Of a stretch of DNA of 48,507 nucleotides, positions 10,560 through 21,278 are shown piece by piece. The stretch spans positions 1 through 48,507 of the forward strand of contig JAHHIK010000065.1 of NCBI GenBank assembly GCA_019358935.1, read 5' to 3'. The position numbers and the translations under genes are program-made. Numbering within the stretch: the first letter of the stretch is position 1; each line of letters begins with the position of its first letter. Source of the DNA: Tolypothrix carrinoi HA7290-LM1 (GTDB lineage: Bacteria; Cyanobacteriota; Cyanobacteriia; Cyanobacteriales; Nostocaceae). The notes beneath the pieces are model-generated. The model saw nothing but the letters and a program-made list of their open reading frames with translations, was not told where the DNA came from and searched no databases.

Positions 10560-11681
10560 ATGCCTAAATCTTCGCCTGATATCGCAATTTTTTTGCGTTG
10601 CCTTTATGGAGGTGGCGCTGAACGAGGAATGCTGAATTTAGCTCGTAATTTTTTGCAGCAAAAACTCACAGTTGATATGGTAGTTGTTAAGGAAGAAGGC
10701 TCTTTACTAGAACAGTTGCCGCCAGGAATTCGACTTATAAATTTAAACGCACAATCCAAGCTTGGCATCTTGCCTAAATTGGTTAAATATTTGCAGCGAG
10801 AGCGTCCTGTAAGTATGCTGGCAACGCTACACTATCCTTGCGAGATAGCCATCTTAGCAAAGCGTATTGCTCGCGTATCGACACGCATAGTAGTATCTGA
10901 ACAGAATAATCTTTCTCAAGAAGCAAAACGCATTCCACAACTTTCAGTACGTTTAACACCTTTAGCAGTAAAACTTTTTTACCCTTGGGCAGATGCTATA
11001 GTGGCTGTTTCTCAAGGAGTAGCCGAGGACTTAGCTAATGTAACTCACCTACCAAGAAAGCGCATTGATTTAATTTACAATCCAGTTGTAACTCCTGAGG
11101 TGTTTACAAAGGCAAAAGAACCAGTTAATCACCCGTGGTTTCAACCAGGAGAACCGCCGGTTATTTTGGCAGTAGGAAGGTTATATCCACAGAAAGATTA
11201 TCCTACTTTAATAAATGCCTTTGCCCAAGTGCGGCAAGTACGTCGCAGTCGGTTAGTAATTTTAGGGGAGGGACCAGAAGAAGATAATCTGAATAATTTG
11301 ATTCGTGAATTAGGTTTAGAAGAAGATGTTGCCATGCTGGGTTTTGCGGATAATCCTTACGCTTACATGGCAAAAGCCGCAGTTTTTGTTTTGTCTTCTG
11401 CTTGGGAAGGTTTCGGCAATGTACTTGTAGAAGCATTAGCTGTAGGAACTCCAGTAGTGTCTACAAATTGCGAAAGTGGTCCATCGGAAATATTGGCAAA
11501 TGGTAAGTATGGTGACTTAACACCAGTTGGGGACTCTAAGGCAATGGCTGAGGCTATTTTAAATGTTCTCGCTGGCAATACCAAGAAAGTAGATTCGATC
11601 TGGCTAAATCAATTTACCTCAGAAACTTGTGCCGAAAAATATCTACAGGTGTTGGGTATTCCAACAAAAGTATTAGCCTAA
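10560..11681 (+). CDS. GT4 family glycosyltransferase
   Basis: GGGAER, VGRLYPQKD, FVLSSAWEGFGNVLVEALAVGTPVV. Confidence 0.92.
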   Translation: MPKSSPDIAIFLRCLYGGGAERGMLNLARNFLQQKLTVDMVVVKEEGSLLEQLPPGIRLINLNAQSKLGILPKLVKYLQRERPVSMLATLHYPCEIAILAKRIARVSTRIVVSEQNNLSQEAKRIPQLSVRLTPLAVKLFYPWADAIVAVSQGVAEDLANVTHLPRKRIDLIYNPVVTPEVFTKAKEPVNHPWFQPGEPPVILAVGRLYPQKDYPTLINAFAQVRQVRRSRLVILGEGPEEDNLNNLIRELGLEEDVAMLGFADNPYAYMAKAAVFVLSSAWEGFGNVLVEALAVGTPVVSTNCESGPSEILANGKYGDLTPVGDSKAMAEAILNVLAGNTKKVDSIWLNQFTSETCAEKYLQVLGIPTKVLA

Positions 11682-11730
11682 AAAAGAAGGGGAAAGGGGA
11701 AAGAAAAAAGGACGCATCTTTATTTCTTTA

Positions 11731-11824
11731 TAGGACTTACGCAAAAACTCTCCCAAACTCCTATTTCTCTGTGTTCTCTGTGTCCTCTGCGGTTCGTTTT
11801 TCCATAATGAAAGCGTAAGTCCTA
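11731..11824. mobile_element. 94-bp MITE-like element
   Basis: Terminal inverted repeats TAGGACTTACGC...GCGTAAGTCCTA with internal TCTCTGTG repeats; same TIR core as 27443..27806. Confidence 0.65.
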
Positions 11825-11893
11825 CTTTACATAAACCTATGAATTCCTTTTCCCTTTCCCCAAGATTCTTATAAAACTTCAATAATTTAAAGA

Positions 11894-13231
11894 ATGCTGG
11901 AATTTAGCCGCACTAATAAAATTACCTCCAAACAATCTGAGTCCAAACTGCAAGCTTTATCATTTGCAGAAAAAATAATTTACTGGACTATTGTACTCAC
12001 ACCGCTTTGGTGGTTGCTGGGAGTACAAACTATTGTCTATCCAGTTGTTAGTGCGTTTCTACTAGTTGCTGGTTTTAAGCTAGACAAGCTAATTAAAAAC
12101 TCTTTGCCAATTTGCAATTGGGCATGGTTAGCAATGATTTTAGCTGCACTTTGGACAAATATTTTGGGGTTGGAACAAATAGGCTTCGATCCTTTGAAAA
12201 CAGCAGCCACATTCTTTACTTTATTTAAAGGCTACTTGATGATATTTGCCTGCATGACTGTACCATTTTGGCATCGCATCAGAGTAAAAGTGATTGTGCG
12301 GGCTGTATCCTGGATGGCGATAAGCTATTTAGCACTCCTTGCTATTCAAATGGTAATACTTTTTGCGCTCGGTTCTCAAGAACCTTTTTTACCGCCCTTA
12401 GCTCGCATAATTCCGGGTGATAAAGTCAGTTTGATGGTGAAGTTTGCTGTCATTCAGCCATTTTTTGGTATTCCCTTACCTAGGACAGACCTGTACACCG
12501 CAGATCCTCCTATTTTGGGGGTTTGTGCCCTTTTATGCTTCTTTATTTGCTTGAGTGAAAGTAGCGATCGCTTGCGTAAATTTGCTTTGGCAGGATACTT
12601 AGTTGCTTTGGTAATTTCTCAGAGTCGTCTAGCTTGGATATGCTTTCCGTTAGTATTTATAATTATTGGTTGTTTCCGTAGTGGTTTGGCTCGACAAGGT
12701 TCTTTATGGGTAGCATCTTTTACCTCTTTCTTGTGTGCCATTTTCGGTTTAGCTTTACAAGATGTAATCAATACACCCCTAAAAACTTTTAACAGCGCTC
12801 GTGCTGACTCATCGAAAGATCGGGAATATGTTGTTAATGCTACTATTGATGCATGGAAAGAGTCACCTTGGGTAGGGTGGGGAATTGTTGATAAAACAGC
12901 GTCTTGGGGAAATGGAGCATTTGAGCTTCCCTTGGGAACATTTTCTTCCTACGCCCAAGTGCTTTACGTACACGGGGTGTTTGGCTTTGTTTTTTTTATT
13001 ACAGCACTATTTTTAACTGCGTGTGCCTTTTGGGAGCCTGCCATGCGGGGAAACCGCATTTGCCAACAAGCATTTGCCAGCTTAATAGCTCTATATATAT
13101 TGTGTCAGGCGACTACTTTGACTTGGATGGCGATTTATTTTTGGTTCTTTTTTGTTTGGTTGGGGGCTATTCTCGCAGAAGTAAGGCAACAGAAGTTAAG
13201 TATTATGAGTTGGGAACAACTTTCAGTATAA
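11894..13231 (+). CDS. O-antigen ligase/polymerase (Wzy-like) membrane protein
   Basis: Polytopic membrane protein with SQSRLAW and a periplasmic loop ending SPWVGWG...HGVFG; EPS cluster context. Confidence 0.8.
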   Translation: MLEFSRTNKITSKQSESKLQALSFAEKIIYWTIVLTPLWWLLGVQTIVYPVVSAFLLVAGFKLDKLIKNSLPICNWAWLAMILAALWTNILGLEQIGFDPLKTAATFFTLFKGYLMIFACMTVPFWHRIRVKVIVRAVSWMAISYLALLAIQMVILFALGSQEPFLPPLARIIPGDKVSLMVKFAVIQPFFGIPLPRTDLYTADPPILGVCALLCFFICLSESSDRLRKFALAGYLVALVISQSRLAWICFPLVFIIIGCFRSGLARQGSLWVASFTSFLCAIFGLALQDVINTPLKTFNSARADSSKDREYVVNATIDAWKESPWVGWGIVDKTASWGNGAFELPLGTFSSYAQVLYVHGVFGFVFFITALFLTACAFWEPAMRGNRICQQAFASLIALYILCQATTLTWMAIYFWFFFVWLGAILAEVRQQKLSIMSWEQLSV

Positions 13232-13319
13232 AAGGCTTCAAAATAAAAATTTTAAATCTAGATTTTGCATCTATCCGAAGTGGTATGTTTTGATAAATTA
13301 ATAATTTGGTATTAGTTTC

Positions 13320-15356
13320 ATGGCTAAAATAGCAGCGATCGCCATCAGGCATTGGAAGCCCCTAATATTGTGGAACATACTAATATTGGGAGCAACTGTT
13401 GCCACCGCTACCTTTTTGCCCCGTGTTTGGAAGGCAACAACACAGTTTACAGTTAATGGAGCAAGTGGCAATTTAGATGCCAATTTAGGCATTTTGGGTT
13501 CCTTGAAAAATGGTACTTCTGATATTTCTGCGACTGGTGGGAACAGTCAATTGAATATGCAGCAGAGCATTCTCAACAGCGATACTTTGATGGAAAGGGT
13601 GCTGGCAAAAGACCCAGAAAAAGCTCAATTCAAAAGATTAGCTGATTACAAGAAGCAATTTGAAGTTACTCCGGATGAAACTTCAAATATCCTTTCTATT
13701 AGCATCAACGCTTCTAGTCCAGAATTGGCAGAACTACGCGCAAATAATCTCACAAATTTGTTTCAGCAGCGACTCAACGAACTGCGTCAAACAAACCGTT
13801 CATCTAAAAGAAAGTTAAGCACAAAAGAATTAGAAGGCGCGAAAAATAATTTGATTTTGGCACAACAAGCTTTAGCCAGGTTTAAGCAGTCTACCGGACT
13901 AGTTAATGCTGAAGAACAAACAAAAGCAATAGTTAGTACCATTGATAGTTTAACTAAGGCTCAATTACAGGCACAGTCCCAAGCTGAATACAGTCAAAAT
14001 CGGGTTGCTACTTTATCAAATCGTCTGCGAATGTCACCGAATCAAGCTATTAGCTCTTTGAGTTTGGGTGAAAATAAAGATTACCAATTTATTAGAGCCA
14101 AACTATCAGAAGTAGAAGCTGATTTAGTGCGGCAAAGTACTAAATATACTGATGACCATCCTGTTGTTAAACAACTTTTGCAACAGAAGCAAGCATTATT
14201 GAGCCAGATACAAAGCCAAGTTAGCCAAACTGCTGCTGGTTCGTCTATCGACACCACACTCAATAGTCAAGGAGAAGGACGTGCCAGTTTAGTCGAACAG
14301 TTAATTTTGGCAGAAACAGAAGCTAAGGGTCAGCAACGTCTCGCTGAACAAATACAAAGTCAACTAAACCAGCTCAAAGCTAATTTAAATTCTATACCCG
14401 CTCAACAAGAACGGTTAGGTGAACTTCAACGCGGTGTTGATGTAGCAGAGGGTGTTTATAAAGGTTTAGTTGCCCAAGTGCAGCAAACTAATATTGATGT
14501 CTTTGATGTTTATCCCAATGTGGAAATATTAGATGCAGCCAGAGTTGATAGCAAACCTGTTTCTCCCAACTTATCGTTAATGGTCTTGAATGCTTTACTA
14601 GCAGGAATAATTGGCAGCATTGCCCTATTATTACTGCTAGAAAGACGCAACCCGCTGTTGAGTCCTCAAGACTTGGAATATATGAAGTTCCCGATAGTTG
14701 TCTCTATTCCTCGAATCAAAAATACTGAACTGAAATCAAAACTAGATGATAGAAAGGTCAACTTCTTTCAACGTCTTGCTTCCGCAGTCAGCTTGCAACC
14801 TCTAAATAACCGCCATTTATTGATTACCAGTGCAATGGAAGGTGAAGGTAAAACAACTGTTACCTTGGGGTTAGCAAGGGCATTAGTAGATTTAGGTTTT
14901 CGGGTACTAATGGTGGATGGAGATTTTTTCCAGGCAGAACTTACTCACAAATTAGGTTACACTAAAGAGCTTAACAGTACTCTAACGCCCATTTCCATAG
15001 AACGTAATCTAGATTTATTGCCTGCCATCCCACAACGCGGCAAAATTCTGGAGATGATATCCGGGGGACGTTTTCAACAAGCGCTGGCAGATGCCAAATC
15101 TCATGCTGAGTATGATTATGTTCTAGTTGATACTGCTCCTGTCAGTTCCACAACTGCTACAGCATTAATGACAGCCCAAATTCCCAATGTATTGTTTGTT
15201 GTCCGACCGAGTATAAGTCATAGTAGCTTGGTTCGTGATAGCCTCGAACAATTGATCCAACATCAGGCTCAAATTTTAGCTTTGGTAGTTAATGACGTGG
15301 AAACTACAGCTAAACCTTACACGCATCGCTTGCATGATGTCGCGATCAATCAATAA
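13320..15356 (+). CDS. polysaccharide co-polymerase / BY-kinase (Wzc/GumC family)
   Basis: Two transmembrane segments flank a coiled coil containing YTDDHPVV; Walker A EGEGKTT, A' VDGD and B VDTAP. Confidence 0.85.
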   Translation: MAKIAAIAIRHWKPLILWNILILGATVATATFLPRVWKATTQFTVNGASGNLDANLGILGSLKNGTSDISATGGNSQLNMQQSILNSDTLMERVLAKDPEKAQFKRLADYKKQFEVTPDETSNILSISINASSPELAELRANNLTNLFQQRLNELRQTNRSSKRKLSTKELEGAKNNLILAQQALARFKQSTGLVNAEEQTKAIVSTIDSLTKAQLQAQSQAEYSQNRVATLSNRLRMSPNQAISSLSLGENKDYQFIRAKLSEVEADLVRQSTKYTDDHPVVKQLLQQKQALLSQIQSQVSQTAAGSSIDTTLNSQGEGRASLVEQLILAETEAKGQQRLAEQIQSQLNQLKANLNSIPAQQERLGELQRGVDVAEGVYKGLVAQVQQTNIDVFDVYPNVEILDAARVDSKPVSPNLSLMVLNALLAGIIGSIALLLLLERRNPLLSPQDLEYMKFPIVVSIPRIKNTELKSKLDDRKVNFFQRLASAVSLQPLNNRHLLITSAMEGEGKTTVTLGLARALVDLGFRVLMVDGDFFQAELTHKLGYTKELNSTLTPISIERNLDLLPAIPQRGKILEMISGGRFQQALADAKSHAEYDYVLVDTAPVSSTTATALMTAQIPNVLFVVRPSISHSSLVRDSLEQLIQHQAQILALVVNDVETTAKPYTHRLHDVAINQ

Positions 15357-15371
15357 GCATCAATTAGTATT

Positions 15372-16715
15372 ATGCGACGAAGAGATGTTTTGATGGGAGT
15401 ATCAAGTGCCGCAGCAGCATCGCTATGGCATCCAATCTCCCAGCTACACCAAGATACAAAATCAGTCCGAGTTAGTGTGGATTGGCAAACATCAATAGCT
15501 AAATCCACAGTCAACACCTTTGGTTCTAATGATTATGAAATTACCACACCCGAACGTGCGCGAGACTCTGCATACCAAAAATTATTATCTGAGTTAAATA
15601 TCAAATTAATTCGCATCCATCATGGTGAATTAAGCGATCGCTGGTCTAATCCAGCGACTAAAACCTGGGATATAGCGAAAATTAAAGCAGGTTACGATGC
15701 ATCCTATCCCCAAAAACCCATTATTATTCAAAATATCCCCACTTGGGCTAAGTGGATGCAAAAAACTCCAGATGGTCTGCTACACCCTAAAGAATATGAC
15801 AACTATGCAGCTTTTTGTGCAGAGTTGGTGGTAATTCTCAATCAACGTCTATCTCGTCAGATAGTGTATTGGGAACCATTTAACGAACAAGATGTGCGCT
15901 ATCACAAAGCAGGAAAGCTTGACGAACTATGGCTTATATATAACAAAGTTGCTCAAGCAATGAAAGCCAAAGACCCCAAAATTAAAATTGGTGGTCCCGT
16001 CCTCACTTGGGATGAATCAAGCCGACTCGCATCATTTCTGCAAAGTTGCGCTTCTAATGTAGACTTTATCTCTTGGCATCGTTATGCCAGCGGTGATGCT
16101 AACGATTCCACCGATAAAATCATGGCTTACACGCCTAATTACGGTCAACAAGTGCGAGAATTCCGGGCAATCACCAAAAAATATATTCCCCAGCGTCATA
16201 TACCTTTATTACTAGGCGAATACAACATTAACTACTCTTGGGAATCGGGTGAGAAGCGTCAAAATACTCATATTGGGGCAGTTTGGTTTGCTTCCGTACT
16301 CAAACATCTAGCAGAAGCGGGTGTAGATATGGCAACCTCCTGGCATCTCAAAGATGGAATTTACGGCATGATTGACTCAGAAAATCGTTTGCGACCCGCC
16401 GCTACTGTATTTGCCTGGGGAGTAAAGTATTTAACAGGTACAGTCATGCAGACAAAAAGCGATCGCTCCAGTGTAGAAGCAATGGCAGTCATAAATGCTG
16501 ACGGAAAACGTTCTTTATTGTTAATCAACAAATCAGCTAAACCTGCCGAACTTACTTTAACAGGGATGTCAAAAATCAAACTCCCGAATATTTTGCCTAT
16601 TTTTTACCTAAATGCAGATGGAGTGCAAAATACTAGCATCACTCAACAATTGTTGTTGGGAAAAGCTTTTAATTTAGGAGCCTACTCTCTGGCTTTAGTT
16701 CGTTTATCTGGCTAA
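15372..16715 (+). CDS. Tat-exported clan-A glycoside hydrolase (GH39-like)
   Basis: MRRRDVL twin-arginine signal; YWEPFNE acid/base region, DPKIKIGGP, DFISWHRY, LGEYN nucleophile region. Confidence 0.75.
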   Translation: MRRRDVLMGVSSAAAASLWHPISQLHQDTKSVRVSVDWQTSIAKSTVNTFGSNDYEITTPERARDSAYQKLLSELNIKLIRIHHGELSDRWSNPATKTWDIAKIKAGYDASYPQKPIIIQNIPTWAKWMQKTPDGLLHPKEYDNYAAFCAELVVILNQRLSRQIVYWEPFNEQDVRYHKAGKLDELWLIYNKVAQAMKAKDPKIKIGGPVLTWDESSRLASFLQSCASNVDFISWHRYASGDANDSTDKIMAYTPNYGQQVREFRAITKKYIPQRHIPLLLGEYNINYSWESGEKRQNTHIGAVWFASVLKHLAEAGVDMATSWHLKDGIYGMIDSENRLRPAATVFAWGVKYLTGTVMQTKSDRSSVEAMAVINADGKRSLLLINKSAKPAELTLTGMSKIKLPNILPIFYLNADGVQNTSITQQLLLGKAFNLGAYSLALVRLSG

Positions 16716-16787
16716 TTTATAGGTAGTAAGCGGCTCTATCCCTTAAAACCTTTATATTTGAGCGGTAAACCGCTCACTACAGAATTT

Positions 16788-17336
16788 TTAAGAACATCCC
16801 TCTACAAATTCCACTTCCGGCAGTTTACCCGATCGCAACTGAGTAACACGCTTGCCATCAGTCTCAAATATTAACCGATAATTACCATAAGCGCGGTCTT
16901 TCGGTATCAAAGTCAGATAATGTCCACCTTGGACATATTTATGAGACGTGACCGTAATTTGTCCTGGGTAGAGAGATTTAATCTGCGCTTCCGTATCACC
17001 AATACGCGCACCGCTGAAAGTAGTAACGCGACTATTTTTATACACATCCACCCTGGAAATGCGACCCCCTGTCACCATAAAGCCAATATTTTGCGGTTCC
17101 CCTTGCGGCTTCACGTAGTAACAACTATTATTATTAGGCGAATCGTCAACTAATTTTGTACCAGCAGCTCTTGTTGCTTCTTTCACAGTCATTCCCACTC
17201 GTACTATTCCAAGACCGTTGAGAGTTAGTTTCGATTGGTTTGTTAACTTCGCTTGTGCTAAAACAGTCCCCACTGTCAAAGAAGAAAACGCAACTGTTGC
17301 CGTAATTAAAGTTAATAATTTATGTTTGCTATTCAT
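16788..17336 (-). CDS. secreted hypothetical protein
   Basis: Signal peptide from MNSKHKLL to VLAQA. The longer ORF start at 17450 runs through a palindromic repeat and is unlikely to be real. Confidence 0.7.
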   Translation of the reverse strand: MNSKHKLLTLITATVAFSSLTVGTVLAQAKLTNQSKLTLNGLGIVRVGMTVKEATRAAGTKLVDDSPNNNSCYYVKPQGEPQNIGFMVTGGRISRVDVYKNSRVTTFSGARIGDTEAQIKSLYPGQITVTSHKYVQGGHYLTLIPKDRAYGNYRLIFETDGKRVTQLRSGKLPEVEFVEGCS

Positions 17337-17379
17337 TTTAGATAGATAAAAAAGGGTATGTGGCAATCTTGAAAGACTC

Positions 17380-17412
17380 AGATCCCCGACTTCTTTAAGA
17401 AGTCGGGGATCT
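17380..17412. repeat. palindromic short dispersed repeat
   Basis: AGATCCCCGACTTCT-TTA-AGAAGTCGGGGATCT. Confidence 0.75.
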
Positions 17413-17462
17413 TTTGTCTCAATGCTTTTATCTACGCTACTCATCTTCATTATTTCGGACTT

Positions 17463-18716
17463 TCACTCTGTTTGTTTGCGAAACTCAGCTATCACTTCAA
17501 TCAAACCCACAATATTGCGATTGAACTCAAGTAAATCTTCCGCAGGTATCCAATATTCTTGATGCATCAAAGCACCAACTGTTTTCACTGAATAGCGACT
17601 TAAAAAATCTGCCTTCACTTGGAAGCGGGTTACATAGCCGATGCCTGTATCATTCGTTGCCGCATTCCAATCGCGGGCAATTTGTACAGCGTATTCTTCG
17701 TTAAGTACTGGGTAAAAAATCGGCTGTTCTGGTAGTCGCGGTGGAAACTCTCGATAACCACTTTCTCGAATCAAAGTTAGTTCGTTTGCTCCCGTAGGAC
17801 GGAACAGAGTAATAGTTTCTGCATCGAAGTTAGGTAAAGGTTCTCGCGCTTGCAACCACTCTGTCGGGATGCTTTTTACACCAGCAGACAGCGCGACAAT
17901 ACCGCCGACAATGGCGCAAGTGGTATCTCTATCCCCCAATCCACTCACAGTTAACCACAGTGCTTCTTCGTAGTTATTGAGGTGTTGAGCAGCACACCAC
18001 AAAGCAAAAGGAACCGTATCTTGTGCAGAGATATAAGTGCCATTTCCTAGTATAGCGGCGGCTGAGTTAATGTGTGTTTTTTCGGATAAATCACGAGCTT
18101 GACGTATCTTTGATTTTACCTCGCTTTCTGGAACATAAGGCAAAATAAGCTTGAGAAATTCTTCTTTGTTAGGTAAAGAATCTCGTAATTGCCAAGCTAA
18201 AGCTGCTGCGATCGCTACAGAAATAGCGCCGGCGATCGCTTCTGGATGAGTGTGAGTAATTTCCGCACTTTTCTTTGCTTGGGTGACAACCAAATTTAAA
18301 TCCTCAGCAAAATATGCTCCCACAGGTGCAACCCGCATCGCTGCACCATTCCCATAAGAACCTTGTCCGTCAAATAAACTACCGGCTACTTTTTGCCAAG
18401 CTTCCCCATTCCGTATCTGCAAAAGCAACTTATGCATCGACGCACCATAACCGCGATCGCGCACGTAATATTTAGCAAAGCTTTGTGCAAGCTTATCTTG
18501 GTCAATTTCCCCGCATTCTCTCAGGATGGACACAATCGAAAGTGCCATCTGAGTATCATCAGTATAATACCAAGGCGATGCTGGTATGGCACGCGCTGCA
18601 ACCAGACTTTCCACCACATCTGGATGCAGAAAAAATCGTTCTCCAAATGCATCTCCCACCGATAAACCTTCTAGAGAACAGCGCAGAGCGATGAGGTGAG
18701 GATCGTTAGTTGTCAC
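17463..18716 (-). CDS. ADP-ribosylglycohydrolase (DraG/ARH family) with an extra C-terminal domain of about 118 aa
   Basis: GDAFG, YTDDTQMA, GNGAAMR, THTHPEA and GDRDTT motifs; a separate domain begins at TITLFRPTG. Confidence 0.88.
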   Translation of the reverse strand: MTTNDPHLIALRCSLEGLSVGDAFGERFFLHPDVVESLVAARAIPASPWYYTDDTQMALSIVSILRECGEIDQDKLAQSFAKYYVRDRGYGASMHKLLLQIRNGEAWQKVAGSLFDGQGSYGNGAAMRVAPVGAYFAEDLNLVVTQAKKSAEITHTHPEAIAGAISVAIAAALAWQLRDSLPNKEEFLKLILPYVPESEVKSKIRQARDLSEKTHINSAAAILGNGTYISAQDTVPFALWCAAQHLNNYEEALWLTVSGLGDRDTTCAIVGGIVALSAGVKSIPTEWLQAREPLPNFDAETITLFRPTGANELTLIRESGYREFPPRLPEQPIFYPVLNEEYAVQIARDWNAATNDTGIGYVTRFQVKADFLSRYSVKTVGALMHQEYWIPAEDLLEFNRNIVGLIEVIAEFRKQTE

Positions 18717-18866
18717 GACAGTAATTTTTGCACCTTTGTATTACATTTTGTAATATATCAAAATTGAAAAAAAAAGGGAATGGTATTCACCATCCCCCTA
18801 ACAACGTTCGCTGAAAGCACGTATTACTACAGTCGTTTCAAATCCAATTCCCGAAATGTTGAGATA

Positions 18867-20753
18867 TTAAAGTTGAGGTACGTACTGTTGCTTTTCGGGA
18901 ACTTCTGTGTATTCAGCCACAATCTGACGGAATTCTTCACCGTCAATAGTTTCTTTTTCGATGAGCAGATCCACCAAGCGATCGGTGACGCTGCGATTTT
19001 CGCGAATCAGCTGCTTTGCTAAGTCATAACACTGCTCGACAATTTCCCGAACTTGGGAATCGATGCGACGAGCGATCGCTTCCGAATATTCAGATCGCGT
19101 TGTCCAGTCACGACCCAAGAATACTTCTCCCTGCTGACTTTCCAAAGACAGCGGACCTAAATCCGACATCCCGAAACGTGTTACCATTTGTCGTGCCATT
19201 CCTGACAACTGTTGCAAGTCTCCACCGGCACCAGTAGTCACTTCCGCATGACCAAAAATCACATCTTCAGCTGCGCGACCACCCAAAGCACCAGTAATTC
19301 GTGCTTTCAACTGAGAGCGGGAAATTAACCCTTGTTCTTCGTTGGGAGTAAACCAAGTCAAACCCTGTGCTTGTCCCCGTGGGATGAGGGTAACTTTTTG
19401 CACTGGGTCATGGTCTTTGAGCAATGTCCCGATCAAAGCGTGTCCAACTTCGTGGTAGGCAATCAAGCGTTTGCTCTTGCTATCTACCAAAGGAGTACCT
19501 TCCATCCCCGCGACAACGCGGTCAACTGCGTCATCAACTTCTGCCAGGGTCATACCTTCTTTACGGCGTCTGGCGGTGAGAATTGCCGCTTCGTTGAGTA
19601 AGTTAGCTAAATCAGCACCAGTGAAACCAGGAGTGCGGCGAGCGATCGCTTCTAAAGATACACTCTTATCTAGTTTCTTATTCCGAGCGTGAACTTGGAG
19701 AATTTCCAAGCGTCCTTTGATATCCGGTGCATCAACAGTTACTTGTCTGTCAAAGCGTCCCGGACGCAATAATGCTGCGTCTAATACATCAGGACGGTTG
19801 GTAGCCGCAATAATAATGATGCCGGTGTTACCTTCAAAACCATCCATCTCCGTGAGGAGTTGGTTCAGGGTTTGCTCTCTTTCATCGTTACCGCCACCGA
19901 TACCAGCACCGCGCTGTCTGCCTACGGCGTCGATTTCATCGATAAAAATGATACAAGGCGCGTTATCTTTAGCTTTCTTGAACAAATCGCGGACGCGAGA
20001 TGCACCCACACCAACGAACATTTCTACGAATTCCGAACCGGAAATACTGAAGAAAGGTACACCAGCTTCACCAGCGATCGCTTTTGCTAGTAAAGTTTTA
20101 CCAGTTCCCGGAGGTCCTACTAACAGCACTCCTTTAGGAATGCGTGCGCCTACAGCGGTAAATCTTTCTGGTTGTTTCAAAAAGGTGACAACTTCTTGCA
20201 GTTCTTCTTTAGCTTCCTCAATGCCTGCTACGTCGTCAAATTTGACTCCTGTTTTTGCCTCCATTTGAAAGCGAGCCTTAGACTTGCCAAAATTCATCGC
20301 TTGTCCAGGACCACCAGGAAGGTTGCTAGAGCGTCGGAACAAAAAGAACAATCCAGTAATCAATAGAATTGGAAAAATCAGATTACCTAACAGTCCCCAG
20401 ATTGCTCCATCATTCCGCATCGGGTGAGCATCAAAACTAATTCCTTTGGTTTTCAGCTTGGAAATTAGCTCAGGAGCGCTCATCGGCAGGTCTACCCGCA
20501 CTCGTTGCACGCGATTATCGAGTTCTGGATCGACGGCTTCGACAATTGCTGTCCTACCACCTTCATAAAGATCCACGCTCGTGACTCGATCTGCATCCAA
20601 ATATTCCAGAAAGCGACCATAGGTCATGCGGGTACTAGCTGTGTTCTTAGTCATATCCGCAGGAGAAGAAGCAAATGCTCCTTGCCAGAAGAAAAAGCCA
20701 ATTACCAAAGCAGGCAATGTCCAGAGTACTAGGACTCTCCAAGAGAATTTCAT
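18867..20753 (-). CDS. ftsH: ATP-dependent zinc metalloprotease FtsH (FtsH2-type)
   Basis: [34 protein letters not shown]; the [12 protein letters not shown]-terminal region is typical of the cyanobacterial/plastid FtsH2 type. Confidence 0.97.
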   Translation of the reverse strand: MKFSWRVLVLWTLPALVIGFFFWQGAFASSPADMTKNTASTRMTYGRFLEYLDADRVTSVDLYEGGRTAIVEAVDPELDNRVQRVRVDLPMSAPELISKLKTKGISFDAHPMRNDGAIWGLLGNLIFPILLITGLFFLFRRSSNLPGGPGQAMNFGKSKARFQMEAKTGVKFDDVAGIEEAKEELQEVVTFLKQPERFTAVGARIPKGVLLVGPPGTGKTLLAKAIAGEAGVPFFSISGSEFVEMFVGVGASRVRDLFKKAKDNAPCIIFIDEIDAVGRQRGAGIGGGNDEREQTLNQLLTEMDGFEGNTGIIIIAATNRPDVLDAALLRPGRFDRQVTVDAPDIKGRLEILQVHARNKKLDKSVSLEAIARRTPGFTGADLANLLNEAAILTARRRKEGMTLAEVDDAVDRVVAGMEGTPLVDSKSKRLIAYHEVGHALIGTLLKDHDPVQKVTLIPRGQAQGLTWFTPNEEQGLISRSQLKARITGALGGRAAEDVIFGHAEVTTGAGGDLQQLSGMARQMVTRFGMSDLGPLSLESQQGEVFLGRDWTTRSEYSEAIARRIDSQVREIVEQCYDLAKQLIRENRSVTDRLVDLLIEKETIDGEEFRQIVAEYTEVPEKQQYVPQL

Positions 20754-21086
20754 TTTAATTTGCCTTTAGATGCCAATAACAACTAACTAGTAGCAACTGA
20801 TGGTGCTGACAACTTCCAGCTGAAGTGCGAAGCATGAAGTATACTTCTGCGGCTCGAACCGAAGCTTAGTAGTTTATCCTTCATCCTTTATCCTTCATCC
20901 TTTTTTTGCTCACCCTGTCACTACGCCGTGAAACGGATGTTTATAAATCCATTTTTCTTTAATCTTATGTTTTACATGCATTTCCATAGAGCTATTGAAG
21001 CGCTACGGTAAATCCATGACACCATTAAGAATCTTAATTAAATTTAACTTAATTCTAATACATTACACCAGCAGAGTTTGAGGAGA

Positions 21087-21275
21087 TGGGGAGACAAGGG
21101 AGACAAGGGAGACAAGGGAGATGGGGAAGACAAGGAAGACGAGGAGGCAAACTCCCCCTGCAAGAAAGCCCCAAGTCGTCCCCCTTGTTCCCTTGTCCCC
21201 TTGTCTCCTTGTCCTCTTGTCCCCTTGTCCCCCTTGTCTCCCTTGTCCCCCTTGTCTCCTTCTCCTCTTCCCCAA
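21087..21275. repeat. STRR-type 9-mer tandem repeats in inverted arrangement
   Basis: A (GGAGACAAG)n-type tract is followed by a (CTTGTCCCC/CTTGTCTCC)n tract. Confidence 0.85.
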
Positions 21276-21278
21276 ACC

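Noticed and set aside
19717..20268. 183-aa antisense ORF within ftsH (and antisense ORFs within the FG-GAP genes)
   Set aside because: These are shadow ORFs arising from codon bias on the opposite strand of conserved genes.
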